Part shown: in pieces, positions 23,057-35,600 of the stretch
Position numbering within the stretch: the first letter of the stretch is position 1
Layout: each line of letters starts with the position of its first letter
NCBI GenBank assembly: GCA_043228905.1
Contig: JBHGNT010000005.1
Span: 23,250,001-23,314,000, forward strand
DNA: 64,000 nt
Direction: 5' to 3'
Origin: Azolla caroliniana
Lineage: Eukaryota > Plantae > Polypodiophyta
Program-made: the position numbers and the translations under genes
The notes under the pieces: generated by a model
What the model saw: the letters and a program-made list of their open reading frames with translations, nothing else
Database searches by the model: none
Told to the model about the DNA's origin: nothing

Positions 23057-23340
23057 TCTATGCATGTTTACATTGTGCCTACTTCATATGCTCTAATCGA
23101 GCATTTCACTTCCATCTCACAACATATGGTATCGAAGTTGAGGTTTCTTTGTCCCTTTGAAGAGCACTAAATATTTAGAGTTGAATGGAAGTTTTAGGAA
23201 TTCAGGCAAAGTTCGTCAATTGCTCTCTATGCAACTTATGTAGAACTTGCTCTATTCGTTTATTTTCTTTCTGATATTTTAGAGTTTATGTAGCCATCTT
23301 TACCACTATCCACCATTTTTTAGAGAGAGATTTGTCCATC

Positions 23341-23520
23341 AAGCATTTAACTCAAGCATTGAGCCGATGATTGCATTCATATTCAAGCATTGAGCTTGAA
23401 GTTTGCATTTGACTTGAGCATTGACCTTGAAGATTGCATTTGTATTAGAGCATTGAGCATGAAGGTTGCATTTGTACTCAAACATTAAGCTCAAATATTG
23501 CATTCACCCTCGAGCATTGA
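23341..23520. repeat. Degenerate 31-32-bp tandem repeat (about 6 units)
   Basis: Recurrent AGCATTGAGCNTGAAGNTTGCATT motif. Confidence 0.7.
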
Positions 23521-23659
23521 TGTTACATTTTTATTCGAGGATTGCTCAATGAGCACTGTACCCTCCTCAAGCACTATATTTGTCTCTCTTGAGGAATTTT
23601 CAACAAACAAAAAAGGAGTACTCAAATTTTTTTGCTATGCCTTTTACATCAAAATCAAT

Positions 23660-23930
23660 GACAATGTGGTTCATAAGTTCAATTGTATTAAACTTTAATT
23701 TCTGGAAAGAGCAAATTCATGATTATCTTGTTGTGAAAGGACAAACATCTCCAATCAAAACTGAATTTGCACCTACCAAGGATGAATTTGTAGAATGGTC
23801 CATTAAACTCAATTGGCTAGCAAGAGCAACCATTCATATGTCTCTCTCCAAAACAATGTGCTTCATAGTATGCTCGTGTACGACAACCTACAAGCAAACA
23901 AATTGGGCCATATTTGAGAGAAATTCTCTA
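23660..23930 (+). pseudogene. Copia gag N-terminal remnant
   Basis: NFNFWKEQIHDYLVVKGQ..PI...EW..LNWLARATIHMSLS resembles a Copia Gag start. Confidence 0.6.
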
Positions 23931-24284
23931 TGAAGAATAGACGGGCTAGGATGGTTGCCGGTAATTCCTCAAACTCTCATTTCCTATTTACCTAGAACAC
24001 ATTTGACAACAATTTTATTGTGCCTATGAATGTTGTAGTGATATATGAATGAATGTGTTTATGTAATTTGTAAATTACATATCTATGAATATGATTGTAT
24101 AAATCTATGTGCATCAATGTGTATATATTTGTATGCTTGCTTATGTATGTGTGGTATATGTATGTTGAAGCATGAATTTGTGCATGTGTATGCTTGTCAA
24201 TGTATGTTGATGTTAGAATTTGTGTACATATGTATGTTCCTTTTCTTTTATTGAAAGGATATCCATTCATTATTATAGAACAAT

Positions 24285-24620
24285 TTACATTGTTGCAATT
24301 CTCAAGTGATCGGTGGAGGGAACAACCATTTTGGTGCTAGAAAATGCCAAAGGGTTACAATCTTTCAAGGATATAAGTGAAGTAGCTTTCCACGGAGTAA
24401 GAAAATGATAGAATGAGTAAAAAAACTTATGGTGTTTAGTAGCTTTAGAATCTCTAATAAGACTACCCCATTGCCCTTCTAAAGTATGAATCATGTCTGG
24501 CCAAAGGTTCGGTACCATTTCAATTGGCAAGGCTCTAACTTGACGGAAAATGAGAGAACAAAGAGCCTTCCAAATGTAGTGTATAGTGGTACTACTCAAT
24601 AACTCCCATAATGGTTGCAT
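24285..24620 (-). pseudogene. LINE ORF2 C-terminal remnant
   Basis: WELLSSTTIHYIWKALCSLIF resembles the W....IWK.RC..IF tail of plant L1 ORF2. Confidence 0.55.
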
Positions 24621-25104
24621 CTCCTTCCTTATTTCGAAAAACTACATGGACACTAAAGCATTGTTGTAAAATACTTAGCATAAAATACGTGTAGAATACA
24701 TATTCTAAGTATTCTAACTTTTTTTAAAATACTTAAAATACGTTGTCGTGAAGGATTCCGGCCATAGGAGGAAAGGGGAGCCGGATGTGCAAAGGGGCAC
24801 ACAAACGATGCCTTATGTTCATATAAACATTGTAAATATTATAGGACGAATACGTACTAAGCAATATGATGTGGATGGGTACCTTAATGCTCCACAAAAT
24901 GAGAGAAACAAAATGTGTGTAGGATATGATGTGAGAAAATCGAGGGGAATTCTCTAATAGAAAATGGTTGGCTTTAACAGCTAATGTAACACTAATCCCT
25001 TCTCCTTGAACCTATAAAAGGGGAGGGAAGAAACCATTAAGAGCATCGCGTTTTGAGGGGAACAAAGTGTTGCCGGATTTCTGTGTCGATTGCTCACTTC
25101 ACGT

Positions 25105-25970
25105 TGTCGCAATTTTCCGTGTTTATGAGTCGGAACGGGGCAAGACCACTGGGGTCTTGGACCAAGGAGCCGGTGACAAAAGGAAGGTTATCCGGAACGT
25201 TGTCCGGATAGCTTGGATCGGTTTCCGGGCACATATCCGGTCTAGATCGATTCCCGAAAGCCAGATGGCGAGCCTTCGGCTCGGTGACAAATACTGCTCC
25301 AGCCAGTAGCCAAATAGCAACGACGAGCTCACGGGCTCACTCGAACGGATATGCACACGTAACAGAACTAAGATGGAGATAGGAACACAACTTAGGACAC
25401 GACAACACAAGAAGGATAGAAACAACGAACTATAAATTAGCAGAAGAAAATAAATTATTAGAACCGGACGTGGTTTGCAACACAGAGCTTTGAGCTCCCG
25501 ACACTCACACACAGAGACACTAGTGAGCCTCTGATCAGGAGCACACAGACTACCAACGTGAAATGGAGGGCTCTCAACACAATGACGTGAACAGAGGTAG
25601 AGAGAAAACGAAAGTCTACAGAGCTCGATCTGGCAGCACCGCCTCCTCCAAAATAATGGATCCTCAAAACAGTCTCAAACCTCCCCTTTTATAGAACAAG
25701 GGGAGGCCGTTACATCACCAATAATGACAAGCGCTTTCGGGTAGAGATTTCCCTCGATTCCCTCCATCAGATATTATTATTATTCTCGATGCGTGTGGCC
25801 CTAAAGTACCTATCAAATCACTCCTACCTAGTATTCCTCAACACTTAAACTAACACTATACTATTTACACACATTTGTACCTAGAGACCATTTTCGTGTG
25901 CACCTGTGCACACCCCCATTCACGCGTATTCGGCTATGTTTTTCTCCTATGGTCAGAATCCTTCACGACA
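25105..25970 (-). mobile_element. Nested solo LTR (866 bp), opposite orientation
   Basis: TGTCGC...CTTCACGACA; TSD ACGT (25101-04, 25971-74). Confidence 0.85.
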
Positions 25971-26061
25971 ACGTTCCTAGGTTCCTTGTTGTCGTGTTGT
26001 GAGGCCTCTGTTTCACGTGAGAAACCCATGTGCTCCCGATCAAAGGCTCACTAGATTCTCT

Positions 26062-26108
<47 letters not shown>

Positions 26109-26378
26109 TCTGTTGTCGGCCGAGCCAGTTGTACTTCTCCTAATATAAGTTAATTGATTTTTTTTGTTGCTTTTCGGAATTTCCTATGTCCTTCGTTTTC
26201 TGCCTGCATTCTCGTCATTGCTCCCTCTCGTCTGTGTGTGCATACCCAAGTATGCTACCCATGGTCTCATAGTTTGTTATCTGGTGGCTATTCTGGAATA
26301 GTGTACACAACCGAACCCAAGTGCTCATCATCCGACATCCGAAGACCGGTCCGGCTCAAATACGTGTCCGCGCCGCGC

Positions 26379-27340
26379 TGTCGTGAAGTTGACACTTCAC
26401 GATGTGAAAACAATGTCAAAAATCTATAGAAGTACATTTCCCATCTGGAGCTTATGACAAGGAGCATGAAGGAATTTTTGGTTCATGAATCGGAGTTCAG
26501 AAGCCCAAGATACAAGCTTCCGAAGGATTAATGTTACTTGGGACAAAAATGTAATTATGTCAAAAGGGGAGTCAAAATTAAATGAGGGCTATTTCCATAA
26601 TTTCTCAAATATAGAACTATAAAATTGAATTGTAGCATCAATAAATAAATAATAAAGAAAGAAAGAAAAATAAATCAATAAATAAATAATAAAAATACAA
26701 CCGCCTACATGAGGCGGTTTGTCAACCGCCTCAAGAGGGTGGTAGGGCGGTTGACCACCCTATATAAGCCACGCCTATGGTGGCTAAAGGGAAAGGGGGG
26801 GAAAGGAGGAGAAGGAAAAGCGAGTGAAGAAGCTCGCGTGGGTATGGGATGCAGAGCTCGCCAAAGAATATGGTGGCCTACATAAATTAAGACAAGAGTT
26901 AAAGAAAAGAAAGGATATACAAGAAAAGGAAGAAGTTAAAGTGACGTATCTCAAACGCCTCTTTGTAAACAAAAGGTTGTGAGTTTGAATCCTCTTCGAA
27001 TAACTTCTTCTGGTAATCAAATTTTGTAATATAAATTTAGTATATATAAAGTAAAAGAGAAAGGCAAATAAATAGAAACTAAAGAGATTGAAGTGGTTTA
27101 TCTCAAACGCTTCTTCTCAAAATTGAGTTTGTGAGTTCAAGTCTTGCCAAGTAACTTTTGGCAAATAAATATTGTGAGTGGTTGTTTTACAAATAAAATT
27201 CTTTTCGCGACAACGTCGCATTTATCTTGCCTTCTCGGCTTCTTGTCATCGCACCATCTACGATTACGCATTTTCACCCCGATCATCCCCGAGTCACAGA
27301 ACCCCGGCGGTTGCGACACACAACCACAATCTTCGCGACA
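26379..27340 (+). mobile_element. Nested solo LTR (962 bp)
   Basis: TGTCGTGAAG...CTTCGCGACA; TSD GCGC (26375-78, 27341-44); shares AGAACCCCGGCGGTT near its 3' end with the Gypsy B LTR family. Confidence 0.85.
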
Positions 27341-27963
27341 GCGCTCCAACAAAGCTATCCGAAAATGATCCAGATAATCTCTCTCTCGCTTCTCTTACCG
27401 GCTCCTTAGTCTGAGGCCTCAGTGGTCCCACCCCTACCTAACACGTACCCGCGGAATACCACGACAACGTATTTCATAGATGAAATACATTAGAATACTT
27501 GTAAATGTCATGACACAGTGACATAAAATACATAGTCCCAACATAGTTAGTGAGGATTGAACCTACAATCTCACTTCAACAAGACATCATGCTCAACCAT
27601 TTGGATATGAGCATGTGTTTAATAGTTTAGTATTGTATATTCTAGAATATACTACATTCTAGAATATTCTAAAGCCTTTAATATATTCTATAGTGTATTC
27701 TAGATGGATATATTCTAGAGATCAATCGTGGAACTTGCATAAATACTTGTAACCTCCTTAGTCCCTTTAAAGGGATTCAACACCAATCATTGATAGATCC
27801 ATCTAGTATTCTTGTTTTGCCCCATCCTTTTTTTTATCGTAACTAGCTTACCCTAGGGTTAAGTTGTTACACTACAAGCAATGCATTTTAGGTTCGAATC
27901 TTAATTTCCTCGCCTCTCTATTATATACTTCATACATATCTCTTAATTCAGGAGATGCCACTA

Positions 27964-28031
27964 TGGAATGTAGGGGTTGAACCCATGACCTCCTGGTCTC
28001 CATTGGGAACCTTACCAACTGAGCTACATCC
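27964..28031 (-). pseudogene. tRNA-derived sequence (pseudo-tRNA or SINE head)
   Basis: GGATGTAGCTCAGTTGGTAAG...GGAGGTCATGGGTTCAACCCCTACATTCCA: A box, B box and acceptor-like ends, but no clean anticodon arm. Confidence 0.55.
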
Positions 28032-28947
28032 AGCTGGGTTGTTTCGTCCCATCTTGTCTCCTTGATCCTTATCTTTGTCTTCATGCTCTTGTATCGTTCC
28101 CAACTTCTTAAGTTCCACACTCTTAGCCCCATCATCCGTGCTCCATCTGAGTCCATGGTGGGTGTGTCCGTGACCGTTTGAATCCTTCCAACTAGACACA
28201 TCACCCGTCTTCGTCATCGCCCTTGCTTCTAGAGTTACCATCATCACCGTCCTTGCTTCCGGAGTTACCGTCATCAACATCCTTGTCTTTGACATCATCA
28301 TTTTTAGCACCTCTCGCCCAACCTTCATTTTCATCAACATTACTTTGCATGGTCTTTCATTACCATCATTGTTCCGGTCTCTTCATTGTCATTGTTATCA
28401 TTTATAGGTATCATTTTGCATCACAATTTTGGTGAGGATTGCTTTTGATCGCTCACCTTCCTAATTCTAGTGGAGGTTACAACCGCTCACTTTCCTGGTG
28501 GGGATTGAATCATTGCTCGCTTGCACTCCATTTTCATTTTAGTTCAAGTCTAGCGCCACTTTCCTTTGGCGAGGACCGATTTTGATCACTCACCTTCTAG
28601 TTTCGGTGGGGATCACAACCACTCACTTTCTTAGTGGGGATTGTGTCGGTTTCTCGCTAACGCTACCATTTGTGCCGTGTTTTGGGTCAACCTCGACTAT
28701 TTACCCTCTCATAAAAGAAGAAGTCGGGTCAACGACTTCACTTGCATTCCTTCGCCCGTTGTTGTTCCAGTTCTCAGTGAGGAATGCATGGTCGCTCACT
28801 CGCGTTCGTGTTCCAGTTCTCGGTGAGGACAACATGGTCCCTCACTTCAATTCGTGACCTAGTTCTCAGTGACGACCACACAATCGCTCACGCCTGTTCA
28901 TGTTTTCGATGAGGACCACACATGGTCGCTCACGTTCCAATTCCCGG

Positions 28948-29160
28948 TGTCGTGGGGAAAACCGGCTACAAGAAGAAACGGAGACTGAAGGCATGTGAAC
29001 CGCCGCATGCACGGATGCACGCGAATTGTAAATGAATTCGTAAATAATCTAAGACTAGGCTAGGTCGGCGTAATGAATAAGACATTGATAGGACATATTT
29101 AATATAGGATTAAATCAAACGAATCTTTGTCCGAAGCGGTAGAGAATAAAAGCATGATGT
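28948..29160 (+). mobile_element. Truncated LTR fragment of the Gypsy A lineage
   Basis: Starts TGTCGTGGGGAAAACCGGCTACAAG (Gypsy A LTR starts TGTCGTGAAGAAAACCGTCCACAGG); preceded by CCGG; no 3' end. Confidence 0.6.
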
Positions 29161-29196
29161 AATAGCCCCCCCCCCCCCCAATCAATAAAAGCATGA

Positions 29197-31593
29197 TGCA
29201 AAAAATAAATCAAGAACCCAATCATTGGCGCTAGAAAATAGCTCGAACAATCAATTGATTAATTACGATGGTTTTTGGTAGGGGTTCACTAGACTTTTAT
29301 TGCTGGAAACATGGCACAGTTTCTTCATCACAACTGGCACATGATATAATTTACGACATTTCGCTCATTCACATGTGCCCAAGCCTTCTTCTTAGAAATT
29401 GCATCATAGTACCCTATGCACAAATGTTCCACAATGCTCACCATTCGATCTCCCAGGGTATGAGTTATATTCGTTTTAACCCTATTTGTAATGGAATGGA
29501 AATAAGTAATATCATCAAATTTTCTATATAGTAAGTGCATTTGAAATCATATATTAATATATAGCAACTCGAAGCTTACCAATGCATGTGTTCAGTTGCA
29601 TGGTATCTCGACTTTAACGCAGTAGTGATCGATAAAGACTAACCCATACTATGGAATATTATGATTCGCCACAAAGGAGCCAAGGTTAGCTTGGCAAAGT
29701 CCTTCACCACCTTTTCTATTTGAGGATACTTATACGGCACGTCATCATATGTGGATCTGGTTATTCGAAATCCATATGGTATATCCACAACAAGCAACGT
29801 ATAATGCTTCTTGGTTAATATGTCAAGCATATTGCCCACATCCCCATTATATACACTATAGTACAACTAGCGGAAAGGATCACCCTTGTGTAAAACACTC
29901 TTTACTATATCTGAGTCTTCGGGCACCTCCAGCTCCTTTCCTTGTGTCATTTGCTTTTCATATTTCACTCATTCCAAATGGGCAATGAATGCATTTGGTA
30001 TGCCTTCATTACTATCACCCAATTTCTTCGAGCGAGGTGGTTTCTGCAATTATTAGTTTTGTGAGAAAATACCCATTATCCTATAATTAATTAAAATTGT
30101 AGACACACATACCCATTCTCTAAATACAATAAAGAATTCTTCAAGAGCCTTGTATGATGATGTCTTTGGTCACGATTGTTCCATTTCTTCCCATGTTGGT
30201 AGGGACAATTTTTTCATCATCAGATCTTGTATCTTCATGTAAATCTTATGGCTAAAAAACATTAAACATAAAGGTCAGAATCAAGAGTAAATTAACAAAG
30301 CAATCCAAACACAAACAGTAATACAAAAAGACAACTCGCTTTTGGAATTCTGTAACCATTTTGTCTAAGCTAAATTCCTTAGCAGCCACTCATGAAAGTA
30401 CAGATATTAATAATCTGTCATCTTTTATTCCTTGCAATGACCGCCAAGGAAGCAGCTTTATATCCTCAGCTAATTCTTCTATCACTAAGTCACTTTTACG
30501 TGACTTACTTCATCTCCACTTCAGGGTCCAACTTAGCCTTCTTTGAACATTGACACCCTTGAGCTCTTTCCACTCCCACATACTAAAAATCTTATCTTGA
30601 AGGTCCCAAACCTCCCCAGTTCTGAAAGCGAGCTGAAACTATGAGTCATACTTTCTCAGGCCTTCAGATTTCGTGCTTTCGTCACCTACTATCCCCACTT
30701 CTAACAAATATTGTCATGACAATCCAGGATGCAGCCTAGGACCATATCTTTGCAAAGCATCAAGGTACTCGTGATGAAAGAACCTGATGTGCTGACATCT
30801 TTTGTCTATAGTGACCATTGTCATTATTGTGGTGCCAAGCTAGCAACTTGGCTTCTTCATGTGTAAGACCAACATACACTTTACATTCTGCCCTCCTGGA
30901 GGAATTAATTCTAACTGTGTATCTTCTTCCTCATGTTCAACGAACTCTAGAACTTCAAGTTTGTCTTCCTCAAGTTGTTGTCGTTTCTTGTATTTTTTAT
31001 GTTTTGATTTGGCTTTTCAAGAGGGCAATCTTCGGCAGTGTCTCTGCTTGAGCGACCATCAATTCTCCTTTGATGTAAGGGGGCAGAGCAACAATTAAGT
31101 TGTTTTTTGTTTGTACATCTTTTTTTAGGGCTTTAGGGTGGAAGGAGTCTGTCACAAATTAGCCCTCATCAACTTGGACCGTTCGCATTCCCCCCAAGCT
31201 CTCAACATCAAGCAGCAAGTTAGGTGAATCATTATCCTCGTATTCGATATTTCTTATCTGGTCATAAGTGAAGGTCTTCACCACTAGAAGCTTGCCTTGA
31301 CCTTCAGACTTTGCAAATACGAGGAGCAAGTCCCCCTCCTCCTCGGCATAAATCAATGTCCATTCTAAATGGAGGTAGTTCTTTAGAAGAGGCTCGGCAG
31401 GCTTATCGGCCAATGTCTTTATTGTGTTGCCTATTGAAGATTTTGAAGTCCCGTCACCTCCCGACTCAATCAACATCCTTCTTGAAGCCTCTTTCATGAC
31501 ATTGTTAGAAGGCCTTTTTGTCGGTGAGAGAATCTTTAGCTTAAATGATGGAACCTTCTGACAAGGCTCACTATAAACCATAGACAATAACAT
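29197..31593 (-). pseudogene. Intron-containing ParB-like plus beta-class N4-cytosine/N6-adenine DNA methyltransferase gene (degraded), transposon cargo
   Basis: VYVGLTHEEAKLLAWHHNND (30820-30879); YNGDVGNMLDIL..YTLLVVDIPYG (DIPYG 29771-29785); EHMHW|VKTN..VEHLCIGY; LVNPYQKP (29269-29286); LFELFSSANDWVLDLF (WVLDLF 29203-29220). Phase-compatible introns at 30252-30339 (GC-AG), 30044-30112 and 29482-29579. Several stops and frameshifts. Confidence 0.8.
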
Positions 31594-31780
31594 AATCTTA
31601 AGAAAATCTTGTTGAAAATAGAGATGTAAGGTTAAAAATATCAAGAAGTTACTTAAAATCAACAGGAAAAACCCTAAATATCACTAAAAATCACTATCTA
31701 GACTACTAAAAAATAACCACAAAAATGTCAATAAAATTTCTCTAAGACACACATTAGACGCAAATTTGTGCTCTTTCAAT

Positions 31781-31910
31781 GGGAACTCGATGCACCCCGT
31801 TGAAAGCACTAGGATTTCAACCATAACTCGATGCACTGTATACTACACTCTGATAATTACGGGAACTCAATGCACTGCATCGAGTTCCCATAGAGTATAC
31901 GAGAACTCTT
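31781..31910. promoter_or_regulatory. Repeated and palindromic GGGAACTCGATGCAC motifs in the divergent intergenic region
   Basis: Copies at 31781, ~31822, 31861 and ~31901. 31861-31889 is a near-perfect palindrome (GGGAACTCAATGCA-C-TGCATCGAGTTCCC). Confidence 0.5.
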
Positions 31911-32685
31911 GAAAATCTTCAACGCGATAATGACAATGAGAAGATGACTTTCCTTTATATAGTAATAATTTATTTATTTTTTAAAATTAAATTACATAAA
32001 ATTTATTTTTATATGTGGCTTATTTTAGAAGAAATTTTACTACTTTTTCTCTCATTTGATCTAATTGGCCCCAATCAAGATGTCCTCAACATCGAGTAAA
32101 AGTTCTCTATTTTCTGTTGAACCTTTTACATTATCTAATCACTCATTATTCTCATCCGAGGAATACAACCATCTAAATATTAAATGTTGCCAACATGAAG
32201 AGTCCAACGATGATATTGGGCAAAGTTCAAACTCCTTTTTTTCAACCGGGCCTTTTAACTTAGGTGATCCTCAAAAAAGTAAAGTAGTTACAAATAGTGC
32301 AGGGGTGGATTCATCTAATGATGACAAGGATTGTGTAAATCAGCCTCTCAATTTTCAAAGAGTTCCATGACAAGTGAGTGTTAAAAGATATAATTTTTTG
32401 TGTTTTGATCCTCAAATTGCATTTGATACAAGCAAGCCATGTTGTGGGAATCTTTGTCTTTCAAAATTTGAAAAGGAAAACTTGAGGGGATTGCAACATA
32501 AGTATTTGTCACTTAATGGTGACAAACAAGATACTTTTATGATTTCACATATGCAACTTGTTAAGGACCATACAATAGATCCAAGTTCAATGCATGTCGA
32601 ATATTACCTTTCACTTAGTATGAAGAGTTGTCGAGTTGCTTTCAAAATTGATTATAGCATTGGTAACATGAGGCTCCAAAGAATT

Positions 32686-35600
32686 TGTTAGGAAACAATT
32701 CCCTCCGGATGGGAAGAGAAGTACTGTGTTGGTGAGTATCTCGACCGAGGCCGAAGCCAAAATCGTTTCGGAAGACTATAATTGTATATAGTCTAAATAT
32801 GCCCGTATGGGCTACATTTGTAAATAACCCAAAAGGGTGTACTAATATATAAGCACCTAGGGCAATCATTATAGGATAATGATGAGAAGTAGTTGATCAT
32901 TATTGAAAAGTTAGAACGAGGTAGTTGCCTCTATAATTGTGAGTGAGAGAGTGAGAGTGTAACTATGTCGTCGTCTATCAGACGAAGGAGAACTCGAGGT
33001 CATTGCCTCTGAGTTCCGTATTTGTATTTCCTCTCTATTATAGTAATCTATTTTCTCGGGGTTTGTGGACCCTGTGGTTTTTCCCATTTCGGGTTTCCAC
33101 GTTAAAATCGTGCGTCGTTGTACTTGTGTCTATCTTTCCTTGTTTTTCGTGTTCTGTTTGACCATTATTCACTACGCGATTTCCTGCACCCAAACATAAG
33201 AACAAGAGACCGAGTGTGGCTAGTCATGATCCCTATCAAAGTGGTATCAGAGCAATGGAAGACTCGTTCGGCGGCATGTTTAAGCTAACCGGCTCCAACT
33301 ACTCATTGTGGAAGTCAAAGATGAGAGACATGCTCGTGTGCAAAGACCTCTGGCTGTCAGTGCAGTTCGGAGATAAAAGACTAGACAAGATCGATGCAGC
33401 GACTTCGGAAGTGTTGCATCTAAAGGCGGCCGCATATATAAGGTGTTTTATATAGATGAGTCTATACAACAATTTCGGCAAAGAAACGGAAGCTGACATC
33501 TTGTGGAAGAAGATCGGTGTCATATTCGAAAACAAGAACGTCGTGAACCGAGTCTCAGTATTTTGAAACATTGTGAGGCTCCAGTATGGCGGAACACATC
33601 AATGTCTTCCAAGGATTGATGAACCAAACCACCTCTCTAGAAGTACCTCTAGCCAATGAGGTATTAGCATTACTATTGTTGGGATCCCTTCCAGACAGCT
33701 GGGAGTTCCTCGTTGTCACTTTGGGCAACGCCGAGTTGGAAGGGAAGCAGCTATCCCTAGAGCAAGTGAAGTCCAGCTTGCTGAATGAAGAAGCTTGCTG
33801 GAAGGACTGTGAGTCCAATATTGATTAGAAGGCCTTAGTCACGGAAGGTGACACGATTCGAAGAAGAGGCCAAAATTGAAGTCCCTAGAACCGAGATAAG
33901 TCGGGGACCAGGTCGAAGTCAAGGGGGAGGCCCACATGCTTCTATTGTGGGAAGTCGGGGCACTTCAAGAAAAACTGCCGACACTTTCGAAAGGAGAAAG
34001 GGGGAGCTGATGGTGTAGAGCCGAAGAAAATCTCGGACAGGCAGAACACCTCAGCAATCGTCGCGAGTGAGGAGGAGTTGTTGCTCATAAGTGAGCAAAA
34101 CGAAGTGAATCTCGCAAGCGAAGAATCGACATGGGTGGTCGATTCGGGTGCGTCATTTCACCTAACCCCTGACCGAAAGTGCTTCTCATCCTACAAAGCC
34201 GGAGATCCCGGATCTGTAAAGATGGGAAATGAAGAAGCATGTCGAATCGTCGGCATTGGAGATGTGTGTTTGGTGACCTCAACCGGGTGCATGCTTATGT
34301 TGGGAGATGTACGACATGTTCCGGAGGTTCGATTGAGCCTAATATCAGTTGGTCAGCTAGATGATGAAGGCTACACGTGTAGCATCCGGAACGGTGTCAT
34401 GAAGTTTTGCCGAGGAAGCCTGATCGTGGCCCGAGCTCAGAAAACCAACACACTGTAGATAATGAATGCTCGAATATGCCAAGGGGAAGCAAACGTGGCA
34501 GCCGACACGGTCGGTGAACTATGGCACAGGAGGTTGTGCCATATGAGCCAGAAAGGGATGCGAAAGCTTGCCAAGGACAACCTCATTCCTGATGTGAAGA
34601 ACGTGCAACTTGAGAAGTGCACGAATTGCTTGGCCGGAAAGCAGAATCGAACATCCTTCTGAGTAAGGCCCCCGATGAGGAAGAAAATACCGTTAGAACT
34701 CATGCATACAGACGTATGTTGTGTGGACACGAAGTTGCATGGTACTTCATAGTATTTCGTGACCTTCATTGATGAATGTAGCCGGAAGTTGTGGGCTTCC
34801 GTGCGGAAGACAAAGGATCAAGTGATATCCCTCTTCAAAGAGTTCCAAGCGAGGGCCGAAAGGGAAATCGGCCAAAAACTGAAGGCAGTCCGAGTGGACA
34901 ATGGCGGAGAATACCGTGGACCGTTCGAGGAATACTGCCGAAATCAAGGAATCTGGCTTGAGTATACAGTGCTAAAGATGCCAGAGTTTAATGGGTTGGC
35001 CAAGAGAATGAACTGAATTGTAATGGAAAGGGTTTGAAGTATGCTTGCACATGCTAAGTTACCGAAGACGTTCTGGGCTGAGGCACTGATGACGGCAGCG
35101 TACGTGATAAACCAATCACCCTCAGTACCCTTGAATGGTGATACCCCATAAAGGGTGTGGCGCGACAAAGATGTTTCGTTCCAACATCTGAGGGTGTTCG
35201 GTTGTCTTGCCTATGTGCATGTGGCAAAAGACCAAAGGGGAAAACTAGACCCAAAATCTCGGCCAAGTATATTTCTCGATTACGGCAATGATGAATTCGG
35301 CTATCAACTATGGGACTTAACCGAGAAGAAGGTGATTAGGAGCCACGACATTGTCTTCATGGAGGAAAAGACAATAGTTGATTGGGAGATTGAGAATAAG
35401 TCTCCAACTATCGAATTGAGCCGAGTCGACGCTCGGCCGAATCGAGTAGAAGTCGATTCGATCAAAATCGAATCCGAGCCGGTCGGCAAAATCGAGAACC
35501 GACCGAAGAATGAGGGGAACTAGCCGAACAAGGAATCGTATTCGACTCGGTTGAAGAAGTCGAAGAAGAACTGACCGTGCCGAATGGAGGCTGTAGATAC

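Larger units (their letters stand above)
24744..27466 (+). mobile_element. Solo LTR of the Gypsy A lineage, carrying two further solo LTRs
   Basis: TGTCGTGAAG...GGAATACCACGACA; TSD ACGT (24740-43, 27467-70); both ends resemble the Gypsy A LTR ends. Confidence 0.85.

Noticed and set aside
24744-25970. ~30-bp terminal inverted repeat with ACGT flanks, suggesting a TIR DNA transposon
   Set aside because: Better explained as the 5' ends of two related LTRs in opposite orientation; each has its own partner end and TSD (27466 and 25105).
29197-31593. Bacterial contamination as the source of the methyltransferase
   Set aside because: The gene has spliceosomal introns, host-like AT content and methylation-type decay, and is embedded among plant retroelements.
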